Below are positions 39,237-49,006 of a stretch of 64,000 nt of DNA, one piece after another; the stretch's first letter is position 1; each line of letters opens with the position of its first letter. The position numbers were made by a program, and so were the translations under genes. Under the pieces are notes generated by a model. It made no database searches. It saw only the letters and a list, made by a program, of their open reading frames with translations, and was not told the origin of the DNA. The DNA is taken from positions 1 to 64,000 of the forward strand of contig JAZGFI010000017.1 of assembly GCA_036479435.1 (NCBI GenBank). The letters run 5' to 3'. Origin of the DNA: Planctomycetota bacterium. Lineage in GTDB: Bacteria; Planctomycetota; GCA-002687715; DRQF01.

Positions 39237-42200
39237 CTAACGCAAGCTCATGACAACGTCGTCGTCTGCGTCCGCCTCAACCTGAACTCGTGCCGAGCGT
39301 CCCTGAGGATCTTTGGCTTCGATGACAAAAACTTCTCGTTTCAATTGAAGCTTTAGGACTAAGACCTCGTCTTGGTCTCGCCATCGTTTGCGCAGAGTTC
39401 GGTAAATCTCTTCGCCCACTAGATTGCGCACGATGATTTCGACTTTCTCTGGCGCGTCACCTTCAGCTGCGAGAAAACTAAATTGCACCGGGCGCGCCGT
39501 CTCAAGATCGAAGGAAACTGATAAGACTTTTCCGGCGATTATGATGACGTCCTGGCTAAGGTCTTGAACGCCCGTCCCTCTCAGACGGAGGTGGTAAGGA
39601 CCAGGCTCTAGTGGCTGCGAGCGTTGGGGGTCGTCTTTCAGATCCACGCTTAGATTGCCATTGTTCTTTGGGGACGTAAGCCAAAGCTTGGGCCGAAGAT
39701 CCGCCGTTCCGATGCCACGTCGCAAGCTGATGTCGAGGAACGCCGGAGCGACTAGCGTCAGAACCCCGACGTCGACTATCCTGTCTTTGCTCACTTCAAA
39801 GGGGCCGAAAGTGCGCCGGCCATGAACCGAGGAGCGAATGTAGAGCAGGTAGCGCCCAGGTATGAGGTCCTTGATCTCGAAATCCGCAGCATCTCCTTTG
39901 CTGCGGTGATGCGCGCCGCCTCGGTTGGTCCCGCCGATTTGGTTGGCAATGATGCGAGCCGTCGTTACCGGGCGACCTTGATCGTCGTGAATCAGGCCCC
40001 GGATGCCACCGATGAGGAGGCGATCGCTGGGAACGACGATCCGGATGGGGGCTGATCCCGGTTTGACCATCTGACGATGTTGAACCAAAGTCGTCGTTCC
40101 TCGGAGGACCTGCAGGGCGTAGTCCCCATCAGCGAGGTTTTGGAGCGTGAATTTACCGTTGGCATCAGTCCTGTCTTGATAGTGCTGCACTCGGCCCTTG
40201 GCGAAATGCTGAGAGCTGACGCTGACGTTGGCAACGGCATTGCTTGAACTGTCGACGACGATGCCTTCGATGTTTTTTCCCGACGGTTTGAGGCTTGTAT
40301 CGAAGCGTGTAGTGGCACCAGCTATGACTTCGATGGTGTCGTGAACGTCGCCAAACTTGTCGGACTTTATCTCTATCTTTCGAGCTCCCGGTGCGAGACC
40401 TTCGATGCGATACCGACCGTCCTTGTCCGTGCGAGTGAGATGACCATCGATGGCGGCGTACTCCCCAACCTGCACCAAGAGGGCTGGCGCGGGAGCGCCG
40501 CTCGCAAGTGTAATGCGGCCCTCCAGCTGTCCCGGTTCAGGCAAATGCACTTTCAGATGAGTGAGCCCTTGGGCCGGGATCTCGTCCTCACCGGCCCAGG
40601 GAGCGAAGCGCGGAGATCGGACATGGACGGCCACTTTGCCCGCGGCCGCTCCATAGATCCGGCAGATCCCCTTGCTATCGCTGCGTGCCGCAAAGCGGCT
40701 GCTCGGCATTTCAAGATGGCCGTCGGGCCGCCGATTCTGAGAGAATTCGCGGTTGCCGACTCGTACGAGTGCGTCGGGGACGGGTTGGTCTTCGAAATCT
40801 ACGACGCTGACAATCAAGGTCGACGCGGGCGGCCCAAGCTTCAGCGTCAGCTCAAACTTAGCGCCCGGCGAGTTTTCAATGATCACATTGGGTGAAGCCT
40901 CAAACCCTTCCGCTCTTGCGCCCAGTGCGAAAATCGATTCGCCGGAGATGGATTTCAGATGGAAGTTTCCACTCGCGTCGCTGTGCGTGACGGGCTTGCC
41001 GCCGAAAGTGCCTGCCATGCCGCCGGCGTAGACCTCTGCGCCAGCGATGCCTCGGCCTTCGGGGCCTTGAACTTTTCCTTTGATCGTAGCACCCAAGGGG
41101 ATCTTGAACTGCATTTTGGCAGTCTCGCCACCCTTGACTTTGATGCGTACTAGGCCGCCAAAGGGGCAAGAAAGATAGCCATGGCCCGCGTAGCAGCGGT
41201 CGAGAGTGAATTTGCCGCTGTTGTCACTTTCGTACCAACGTTCGTGGAGAAAGGGGTCTGGCGCTCCGAATGGTAAGACTCGCAGCGGTACATTTGCGGC
41301 TGGCGTACCGTCCAGTTCCCAGATCACATCGACTTCTAAACGTCCAAATTTGGGGGACGCGGCGACGAGGGGACTTAGCGTCGAGGAGTCAAGATCCTCG
41401 GAGTTGTGGGCGGCGGCTTTTGCTCCTTCGACTGCTGTCTCGGCCGCGTTGCGTCGTGCCGCTTCGGTGTTGGGACCATCGGAACTGCTGAAACTTGAAT
41501 TGGTCTCATTCCAGCTCGCATCGTCTTCGTCGAAAAACGCGAACCAAACCCCCGCTCCCAATAGAAGTAAAACTAGCGCCGAACCCAGGGCAACCTTGGA
41601 TTTCAATGACACGACAAAAGCTCCTTGGAGAAGGGACGCGCCAGCCGTGCTTGCCGTTGGCAAGAACGCGACCGCAAACGCGACGTTCCAGTTTTTGCGA
41701 CCACCGAACTCTCGGTCGAGCGTGGAACGGAGAAGGTCTAATCCACGCTTTACTTGCGTGCGGGCGGTTTCCACGGGTAGATCCAAGCGCTTGGCGATCT
41801 CTCGCGGCGGCAGACCCTCAAAAAACCGCAAGAGTACGGCCGTTCGATAGGGTTCAGCCAGATCGACGACGACATCGACGACGCGTTGCCGAAGCGCTTG
41901 CTGCATCAAGAATTCATCTACGGCAGATCCAGGCGGCCCGGGTTTCGCCGCGGATTCCCTCAGACGGCGGAGGCGACTTTGGCGCCGATCATTTGCTAGT
42001 AGTTTTCGGAGAGTGCCCGCCAACCAAGGCCGACGTGGGCCCTTGGGCGTCCCCTCGGCTCGCAGTGCGGCCAACCAAGCATCCTGTGCGAGATCGTCGC
42101 CGGTGCTGGAGTCGCCCACGAGGCGTTCCGCCAAGCGTCGCAGAAAGGCGTCGTCTTCGAGAACGGTTTGAGGGTCGACGTCGAAGCGGGGCAAAAGAGT

Positions 42201-42371
42201 CTCCAGGACTTGGAAGAGCGGATGGGGCGCATGGCGCACCTCACCCCGAAGTGGCGATTCCGAATCAAATCGGTTCAAGAATTCACTATGTTCCCCGCGT
42301 TTTTGGCCTTTAGAGTCCGAAGCTTCTTCGCATGTAGAAATTTTCCGCATTGAGCCTGCATGAACACCCAC
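39237..42371 (-). CDS. ECF sigma factor fused to TM and extracytoplasmic carboxypeptidase-regulatory-like repeats
   Basis: Sigma2 DDLAQDAWLAAL..PWL, sigma4 RTAVLLRFFEGLPPREIAKRLDLPVETARTQVKRGL, TM ALVLLLLGAGVWFAFF and repeated TDxDGxF/Y beta-sandwich units. The true start is probably about 45-65 codons downstream. Confidence 0.85.
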   Translation of the reverse strand: MGVHAGSMRKISTCEEASDSKGQKRGEHSEFLNRFDSESPLRGEVRHAPHPLFQVLETLLPRFDVDPQTVLEDDAFLRRLAERLVGDSSTGDDLAQDAWLAALRAEGTPKGPRRPWLAGTLRKLLANDRRQSRLRRLRESAAKPGPPGSAVDEFLMQQALRQRVVDVVVDLAEPYRTAVLLRFFEGLPPREIAKRLDLPVETARTQVKRGLDLLRSTLDREFGGRKNWNVAFAVAFLPTASTAGASLLQGAFVVSLKSKVALGSALVLLLLGAGVWFAFFDEDDASWNETNSSFSSSDGPNTEAARRNAAETAVEGAKAAAHNSEDLDSSTLSPLVAASPKFGRLEVDVIWELDGTPAANVPLRVLPFGAPDPFLHERWYESDNSGKFTLDRCYAGHGYLSCPFGGLVRIKVKGGETAKMQFKIPLGATIKGKVQGPEGRGIAGAEVYAGGMAGTFGGKPVTHSDASGNFHLKSISGESIFALGARAEGFEASPNVIIENSPGAKFELTLKLGPPASTLIVSVVDFEDQPVPDALVRVGNREFSQNRRPDGHLEMPSSRFAARSDSKGICRIYGAAAGKVAVHVRSPRFAPWAGEDEIPAQGLTHLKVHLPEPGQLEGRITLASGAPAPALLVQVGEYAAIDGHLTRTDKDGRYRIEGLAPGARKIEIKSDKFGDVHDTIEVIAGATTRFDTSLKPSGKNIEGIVVDSSSNAVANVSVSSQHFAKGRVQHYQDRTDANGKFTLQNLADGDYALQVLRGTTTLVQHRQMVKPGSAPIRIVVPSDRLLIGGIRGLIHDDQGRPVTTARIIANQIGGTNRGGAHHRSKGDAADFEIKDLIPGRYLLYIRSSVHGRRTFGPFEVSKDRIVDVGVLTLVAPAFLDISLRRGIGTADLRPKLWLTSPKNNGNLSVDLKDDPQRSQPLEPGPYHLRLRGTGVQDLSQDVIIIAGKVLSVSFDLETARPVQFSFLAAEGDAPEKVEIIVRNLVGEEIYRTLRKRWRDQDEVLVLKLQLKREVFVIEAKDPQGRSARVQVEADADDDVVMSLR

Positions 42372-42596
42372 TCGCGGTCGATGAGCGCGTCAGCGCCTTG
42401 TGTCCTCTCGTTTTTGGCTGGGGGCTAGGCCTAGACCGAAGACCTGGTTCTCTCGGTGCCAGGGCCGATATGCGACTCTTTGGGACGCTTCTAAGCCGGG
42501 TTGAGGATAATTCCCTTGGTATTCTTGGATCTTAGATAGGCCTCCGCGCTCCCGGATCGTTAGACTAACGTTCGCGGAGCGAGGAGGCTTTTTTGC

Positions 42597-43946
42597 ATGC
42601 ACAGCGTCAGCGGTCGTTTCTTTGGTCGGGAGTTCAGTGCTCTCGGCTTGTTCTGGATTCTTCTTTTTGGGTTTGCGTTCGCCTGTTCGGGTGCCCTGGT
42701 CGCTCAGGGCGAGATGGAAGAGGACGACGACGCCGCTGAAGACCCCCGGTTTAGGCGGGCTCAACGCTACCACCTCACTGGAGAGCTGGACGAAGCTTTC
42801 AACATCTACGACCAGATCCTCAAAGACCGTGGCGAGGACGCGCCTACCCTCATCACTTACGCCCACATGAAATGGAAGCGTGGTGACTACTTAGAAGCGG
42901 AGAAACGCTTCAAGCGGGCCATCGAGTTGAATCCCAAACACATCAAGGCCAAGCAGTTTTTGGGCCAAATGTATCTCCACCAAGGTCGCCGCAAGGCCGC
43001 GCGTGAGACTTTCAACGCCCTCGTGGCTTTAAAGTGGGTTCGAGAAGATGTTCGCCATTCTGGCTACTTGAACTTGGGCAAACTGGAACTCCTTGATGAG
43101 CAATGGATCAAAGCGCGGAAACACTTTCGCTTGCTCAAAAAAGAGGGCGGGAAAGCCGATCGCAAGTCGGGAAAACGCGGCATCAAACGCATGGCCGAAA
43201 TGCGTAAGTTCAACGTCTGGCCGCGCATTGTCGGACCCAGCCTTTTTGTCCACTTTAACCCGGTGCTGACCAAGACCGTCTACAAAGACGAAGCCGCTCG
43301 CGAACAGCTCACGGCCTCGCTTTGTGATTGCGTGGTCTCCATCTGCGCGAAACTGAAAATCGTGGTACCTGAGCCTTGGCATCTTTATTTGTTCGAAAGT
43401 GACGATCAAGCTCGCCAACTCACCGGGCGCATGGAAGCGCACGGCTGGGATTATTCCTGGTGGATCAACTACAACGCCCGTGGGTCAGGGCTCGACCCGC
43501 GTCACACGATCGCCTGCCAGCTGGTAGCTCGTTGGTGTTCAGGGCGACCCTTGTCGAGGATGCTGGTGGAGGGCCTCGCCGCGAACCTGGCGGGCGTCGA
43601 CACCGATTTTCATTCTGATGCGCGCAAGATGTTGCGCGACAATCGCCTACGCTCGATGGTGGAATGCCAAAAACTGTTGCGGAGCCTCGACGAGCACGAG
43701 ACGAGATTGCAATACAAAGAGGGCAAGTCCTTCGTGAGGTTTCTGATCGACACTTACGGCTGGGAGAGTTTCGAAAAACTCTGGAAGAACTTCATCGTCA
43801 CGGTGAATGCGCCACGCTTCAAGTTAGGGACGACCAAGGGCATTGACTGGCAAGAAGCCTTTGACGCGATCTTTGAGAAGGGGCTTGGCGTCAAGCAGTC
43901 TGTTGCCGAAGCCCGCTGGCGCGAGTTTTTGCGCAGCGAAGGCTAA
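42597..43946 (+). CDS. Secreted TPR protein with degenerate peptidase-MA-like C-terminal domain
   Basis: Signal peptide ending ALVA|Q, TPRs, RHTIAC...MLVEGLA and YKEGKSFVRFLIDTYG. Confidence 0.7.
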   Translation: MHSVSGRFFGREFSALGLFWILLFGFAFACSGALVAQGEMEEDDDAAEDPRFRRAQRYHLTGELDEAFNIYDQILKDRGEDAPTLITYAHMKWKRGDYLEAEKRFKRAIELNPKHIKAKQFLGQMYLHQGRRKAARETFNALVALKWVREDVRHSGYLNLGKLELLDEQWIKARKHFRLLKKEGGKADRKSGKRGIKRMAEMRKFNVWPRIVGPSLFVHFNPVLTKTVYKDEAAREQLTASLCDCVVSICAKLKIVVPEPWHLYLFESDDQARQLTGRMEAHGWDYSWWINYNARGSGLDPRHTIACQLVARWCSGRPLSRMLVEGLAANLAGVDTDFHSDARKMLRDNRLRSMVECQKLLRSLDEHETRLQYKEGKSFVRFLIDTYGWESFEKLWKNFIVTVNAPRFKLGTTKGIDWQEAFDAIFEKGLGVKQSVAEARWREFLRSEG

Positions 43947-43978
43947 GCATGCGGAGCGCAGGCACGTGCGGAAAAGTC

Positions 43979-44580
43979 ATGCGTAAGCAAGTCGGGCGCG
44001 TCTTGAATGATGCCTTCGCGCGAGTCAACTTTAGATCGCAAAGGCGGCTGGGCATCGCGTGTTTTTTTCTTTCGCTTTCCGCAGCTTTCTCGTTTGCCCA
44101 AGATGTGACTTCAGCTTCGGCCAAAACGCCAGAGCCAACGGCGGCTGCGATCAAAAAGATGACGGTCGCCGAACTGCGAATCGCGGTGATGCGGGCAAAG
44201 GACTGGCCCGTGCGCTTGCCAGCGCCGGTAGAGACCGTCTCAGCGTCGCCAAGCGGCTTCTTAAGTTGACCCACGACGAGTCCCTATTGATTCGGGCTAA
44301 TGCGGCTTGGGGGCTCTTTCACTTTCCCCAATTTGAACGCGGCGAAAAGCGTCTCATCGCGATGACCCTTTTTCTGCGGGCGTCGAAGCCCTACGTGGTG
44401 GCTGCGCTCAATGTTTACCTTAAGACCTTCAATGACCCGATATCTCCAAAGGAACTCGTCGAGTTTCGCAGAGTCTACCTGGCGGATATCATCGCTCGCG
44501 ACGTTGGTCCGCAGCCGGCAAAAGAGGATACCCCTACGGTCGACGAGGGGAAATTCAGCGACTCAACGGAGCCAGAGTAA
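43979..44580 (+). pseudogene. Secreted HEAT-like protein split by a frameshift near 44190-44225
   Basis: ORF 43949-44269 gives a signal peptide and ..AKDWPVR. The overlapping -1 frame continues RALASAG..LLKLTHDESLLIRANAAWGL to 44580. Confidence 0.55.
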
Positions 44581-44583
44581 TTC

Positions 44584-45783
44584 GTGTTGTTCGACCTTGC
44601 TGCCGCTCGATTCTTAATTTCCGATCTTGGTCGCGCCGCGGCAGTGGAACTGGAGGGCAAGGATACGGCCTCCATTTCTTTGGCTAAGTCGTTGCGCAAG
44701 AAGTTTCCGGCGGCGTTTGCGCGTGCGCTCATCGATCAAGAATCAGGGCGGCGTTCCCTGCGCGGCAAACACCCGCGGGCATCTGAGCTGTTTGCTTCCA
44801 AAGTTGCCGCCGAGCAGTCTTCAGCTTTCGAGATCGCCTCTTGGCGGGCGCGACGTTTTGAGGGCTGTGGACTCGTTGCGGACATTGGCTGTGGCATCGG
44901 TATCGACTCAGAAGCGCTCGCGCAGCGAGGGCCGGTGATTGCCGTTGATGCTGACCCCGGCAAGCTGGTGTTGGCCCGCGCGAATCTCGAAGGGGCTCCG
45001 CATGAGACTTGGTTTGTGCGCGCACTAGTGCCGCCCTTGCCGGCTGAGGTGGATTACTTCTTTGCCGACCCGGATCGACGCATCGACGGTCGACGTCAAG
45101 TTGACCCCGAAAAGGGCTCGCCAGCATTGAGTATCTTGTTGCGTGAGGTGAAGTCTCGCCGCGGGATGGGGGTCAAGCTCGCACCGGGCTTGCCCATCGA
45201 TAGTATTCAGGAGTTTGGCGAGCTGGAGTTCATTTCGCGTCACCGTCAACTTCGAGAGGCGGTGCTTTGGACGGGGGAACTCGCGACGGTAAACCGGCGG
45301 GTGTCCTGCCCAGATTCAGGGCTCAGCCTGACGGGCGATCCCAAGGAAGAAGCAAGGTCAACAGATCACTTAGGCCGGTTTCTTTTGGAGCCCGATCCCG
45401 CGCTATCACGCTCTAAACTTTTCGCCGCTGCGACCGCAGGTACGGACATTGAAATGTTGCGCGGAGCGCATGGCTACGCGACGGTCGACGAGCCTTTTGA
45501 GACCCCCTGGTTCAAGCTTTGGCCCGTCGAAACGACTCTGAAAGCCGACGCGGCCCGGCTCAACGCTCACCTACGAGATCGCGGTGTTGGCCGAGTAGAT
45601 CTTTCCCGGCGAGGCGTCGATGCTGACATGAAGGACTGGGCGCGCAAGCTGCGCACTCCCGGTAAGCCGTCGGTGGGGCGCCAGATTCACTTTGTCAATC
45701 TCGAGGGCCGCGTGCGCTGTGTTGTGGCCGAGATCCCCAATAGCCTCGATGGCGACGGAACTCATCGTTCTAACCGGGGTTGA
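44584..45783 (+). CDS. Class I SAM-dependent methyltransferase with THUMP-like C-terminal domain
   Basis: AEQSS, VADIGCGIGID, FADPDRR, VKLAPG and LLEPDPAL. Confidence 0.8.
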   Translation: MLFDLAAARFLISDLGRAAAVELEGKDTASISLAKSLRKKFPAAFARALIDQESGRRSLRGKHPRASELFASKVAAEQSSAFEIASWRARRFEGCGLVADIGCGIGIDSEALAQRGPVIAVDADPGKLVLARANLEGAPHETWFVRALVPPLPAEVDYFFADPDRRIDGRRQVDPEKGSPALSILLREVKSRRGMGVKLAPGLPIDSIQEFGELEFISRHRQLREAVLWTGELATVNRRVSCPDSGLSLTGDPKEEARSTDHLGRFLLEPDPALSRSKLFAAATAGTDIEMLRGAHGYATVDEPFETPWFKLWPVETTLKADAARLNAHLRDRGVGRVDLSRRGVDADMKDWARKLRTPGKPSVGRQIHFVNLEGRVRCVVAEIPNSLDGDGTHRSNRG

Positions 45784-45812
45784 TGAAGCACAGACCGATA
45801 GGAGATCCCAAG

Positions 45813-46574
45813 ATGTTCCGTACTCTAAGTTTATGCCTCGCGTTTTTCGCCTTGATGCCGGTGGCCCTGGTCTTCGCCGCGTCTCCTCAGACTAGCCAGC
45901 CGGTCAAAGTGGCCCCGGCTTCTCGTCCGGCGGCGAGTGCGCCCGCTAGGACGAAAGCCTCGGCTAAGGCTCCCAAGCCCGAAGCGGCGCAAACGGCGAA
46001 GAAAGCCGAGTTGGAGCTCGAAAAGTGGATCACAACCTTGGGTGAGGGGGCGCAGCAAAAGCACGCGAAGATCAGATCTTCCGCCTTTGCCGGCCTCATC
46101 GCGGTTGGCAAACCAGCTCTTAAGCTGCTTAAGGTACTTAGGGCGAATTCGAGCGAAATCGTCAAGGCCTCGGCAGCTCGCGCCATTCGCAGAATCGAAC
46201 GAGGAGGCGAAAACCGAGGTCGCGGCCGAAACCGCGGCCAAAACCGGGGTCGGAACCGATCTGCCTCACAGGATCCCAAGGTTCTCGGGGCCTCACTCGC
46301 GAAGGATCTCAAGCTCGACGCCGAAAAGAGCAAGAAACTGACCAAGGTTCTTGTAGAAGCCCAAGCGCGGCGCCGCGAAGTGATGCAACAGATGCGCGAT
46401 GGCGAGATTAGCCGCGAGGAACTTCGTGAAGAAATGAAAGAGATGCGGGAAGACCTGCAGGAGCAGTTCGCTGGCTTTCTTGCCCCAGAACAGGCCAAAA
46501 CCGTCCTGAGGAAGATGACCGGCCGACGCGGGGCAGGTGGTCGTAATCGCACACCACAGAATCGGGATGTCTAG
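45813..46574 (+). CDS. Secreted basic protein (HEAT-like segment, RGRN repeats, Spy/LTxxQ-like helical tail)
   Basis: Signal peptide, AGGAG RBS, GRGRNRGQNRGRNR and FLAPEQ. Confidence 0.65.
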   Translation: MFRTLSLCLAFFALMPVALVFAASPQTSQPVKVAPASRPAASAPARTKASAKAPKPEAAQTAKKAELELEKWITTLGEGAQQKHAKIRSSAFAGLIAVGKPALKLLKVLRANSSEIVKASAARAIRRIERGGENRGRGRNRGQNRGRNRSASQDPKVLGASLAKDLKLDAEKSKKLTKVLVEAQARRREVMQQMRDGEISREELREEMKEMREDLQEQFAGFLAPEQAKTVLRKMTGRRGAGGRNRTPQNRDV

Positions 46575-46675
46575 ATAGGAGCAACCGGCCAGGACGCGCC
46601 TGGCGTCGCCAGAGCGAAAGATGCTGAGGTGCGGGCCCGTCCTGGAGCAAAAAAGCGGAGAACTCTAGGTGGCTA

Positions 46676-46695
46676 CGAAAGGTGGCCGCCTTTCG
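46676..46695. promoter_or_regulatory. Palindrome upstream of the amidohydrolase cluster (terminator or operator)
   Basis: CGAAAGG-TGGCCG-CCTTTCG. Confidence 0.3.
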
Positions 46696-46926
46696 TTCGT
46701 CTACGGTCATATGGGAGCTTCACGGCGGTACCGGTTGACCCTCTAGATTTGAAACTCTATGCTCCCTTCGTCTTGGACCTTGTGTGATCCAAAGCCCGGT
46801 TAGATTGTCAGTTGTCGCTTGGAACCGATTCGTCGGTTTCTGGTTACTCTGTGGTCCAATTCTGAATCTGAAATTAGACTTTGGCCGACATTTCGTGCGA
46901 AAGTTGAGTCTTCCGAGAGTGTGCCC

Positions 46927-49005
46927 ATGACTGCGCGTTTCGCTGCGTGTCCAACCCTTGTTTTGGCCCTTGCCCTCGTTTTGCCCTCGATCGCGTTTGC
47001 CCAACTGGGGACCCGTGAATCGACGGTCTTAGAGGGGGCGACAGTTTGGGTCGATGGCGCGATGGTTGAGAATGCCAAACTCCTGTTTAGCGGACGCCGC
47101 ATCCAAGGCGTCGGAGCCAAGATCAAGCTCCCGGATGGCGTCGACGTCATCGACCTCAAGGGTAAGTTCGTCCTGCCGTCGTTTATCGACAGTTCGGCAT
47201 TGATTGCTGGCATGCAGCCAGCTCGCTCGCGCAACCCCGAGCATCTGGTCATCGATAACGTCAACCTTTACCACCGCGATCCTTTCCAGGACGCGATCGA
47301 AGGGGGCGTTGGCTATCTCTACTTGAGCGGGGCTGCGAACTCCGGAGTTGGGGCGCGAGGGCTGGCATTGAAGATGCCCGGAATGAAGGTCGACAAAGTG
47401 GCCGACCTCGTTCTTAAGGGCAGCGAATCGATGCACGTTCGCTTGGGAACCAATTCCCGCGGGCCCATTGCGCGACTTGCCGAGATCAAGAGCTTCGAGA
47501 GCTACCTCAAGAACCTAAAGACCTACCGCGAAGGCTGGGAAAAGTACCGCGAGAAGCTCAAAAAGTACGAAGAGGAACTCGCCGAGTGGGCGAAGAAGAA
47601 CAAGCCGAAAAGCAAAAAGTCCGGCGGCGCGAAAAAGTCATCCGGCGCTAAGTCGAAGAGCAAGCCCAAGGCGTCACCGCGTCCGAAGTCGCCGAGTCCC
47701 GTCAAAAAACCGAAGCGTTCGCGAAGCGCCCTCGGGCTTGCAGGCTTGTCATGGCCCGGATTTGGTCTGGGGCACGACGACGATGATGATCACGAAGACC
47801 ATGAAGACCACGATGATGGCGTTGAGGTTTGCGATCTCGACGGCTGCACCATTCCCGGTCAGCACGAAATTCATCTGCACGACGATTGGGTCTTCGAATC
47901 GGAGCTCGACGGGCAAGATCACGACCATGAGCGTGATCATCTCCCAGAACAGGTTGATCCTGGTTTCGCCGCGATCTTCATCGATCCCCCGCGCCTGAAG
48001 CCCGAATTGAGCATCATTGGCGACGGCACCGAGACTCACCTTCGCCGCCCTTTGTTGGCCAGCGAGCGGCTTGCCAATCAGAAACGTTTTTCGACTTGTC
48101 CGCATTGTGGCGCCTCCGATCCCTTGGCACCGCAGCACATCGCCCACACCAATCCCTGGCCTGTCGACGAATTCGACCGGGTCGCGGCCGAATTGGAGCA
48201 GCGCTACTTTGAGTCCTACAGGCTCGACATGGCCCTGGCGGATCCGAAGCCCGGCGGGCCGAAGAAGCGCGGGTCCAAGTCTTCGAGCAAATCGAGCAAG
48301 TCAAAAAAGGGAGCTAAGCCAAAAAAGCCCAAGGAGCCCGGCTTCAAGCCAGCGCTGGAAGTTGCAAGCAAAGCGCTCGATGGCAAGCTCAAGGTCCGAA
48401 TCGAAGTGCACCGGGCTGAGGATATTCTGGCCGTCCTCGATGTTCTCGACCGCTATCCCCTCGACGCGGTCCTGGAGGGCGTTACCGAAGGTCACTACGT
48501 GGCTGAGGCGATTGCGAAAGCAGAATTGCCGGTCGTGCTAGACGCGGCACTCGCCACTCCGATTCAAGAACAGTCCCTCGGCGCGAATCGTCGTTTGGGT
48601 CGTCTTCCCTTCCCCGCATTGCCGGGCTCCAGTCGAACCCTCTCACCAAGCCGAACGCAAAGCGATCGCGGACCTGGAGGACTGGCACGCAGAGGCATTG
48701 CTCACCGTGAAAACGCCGCCAGGTTGGTCAGGGCCGGGGTCACGGTGGTGATCTCCAGTCTTGGAGCGGGTAGCGAGAGTCTACTCGCGCGAGCCGCCTC
48801 TGCCGCAAGCCGCGGTTTGTCCCGCGCGGAAGCACTGGATGCCATTACTCGCAATGCAGCCCTGGTGCTCGGCGTCGGCGATCAGATCGGCGAATTCAGC
48901 CCTGGTCGGCTGGCTAGCTTCACCGTCTTTGATGGTGACCCTTTTCTGGCGACTAGTCGCGTCGAAAAGGTCTACATCGACGGCAAGGAAATCTACGGTA
49001 AATAG
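46927..49005 (+). CDS. Secreted amidohydrolase-fold protein 1, HxH lost, with large Lys-rich and His/Cys-rich insert
   Basis: Signal peptide AFA|Q, IDLKGKFVLPSFIDSSA (HxH absent) and C-terminal ALDAITRNAALVLGV..IGEFSPGRLASFTVFDGDP. Confidence 0.8.
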   Translation: MTARFAACPTLVLALALVLPSIAFAQLGTRESTVLEGATVWVDGAMVENAKLLFSGRRIQGVGAKIKLPDGVDVIDLKGKFVLPSFIDSSALIAGMQPARSRNPEHLVIDNVNLYHRDPFQDAIEGGVGYLYLSGAANSGVGARGLALKMPGMKVDKVADLVLKGSESMHVRLGTNSRGPIARLAEIKSFESYLKNLKTYREGWEKYREKLKKYEEELAEWAKKNKPKSKKSGGAKKSSGAKSKSKPKASPRPKSPSPVKKPKRSRSALGLAGLSWPGFGLGHDDDDDHEDHEDHDDGVEVCDLDGCTIPGQHEIHLHDDWVFESELDGQDHDHERDHLPEQVDPGFAAIFIDPPRLKPELSIIGDGTETHLRRPLLASERLANQKRFSTCPHCGASDPLAPQHIAHTNPWPVDEFDRVAAELEQRYFESYRLDMALADPKPGGPKKRGSKSSSKSSKSKKGAKPKKPKEPGFKPALEVASKALDGKLKVRIEVHRAEDILAVLDVLDRYPLDAVLEGVTEGHYVAEAIAKAELPVVLDAALATPIQEQSLGANRRLGRLPFPALPGSSRTLSPSRTQSDRGPGGLARRGIAHRENAARLVRAGVTVVISSLGAGSESLLARAASAASRGLSRAEALDAITRNAALVLGVGDQIGEFSPGRLASFTVFDGDPFLATSRVEKVYIDGKEIYGK

Positions 49006-49006
49006 G

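Noticed and set aside
33632..42400. Integrative element at tRNA-Phe
   Set aside because: I saw no integrase and no duplicated tRNA 3' end in the window.
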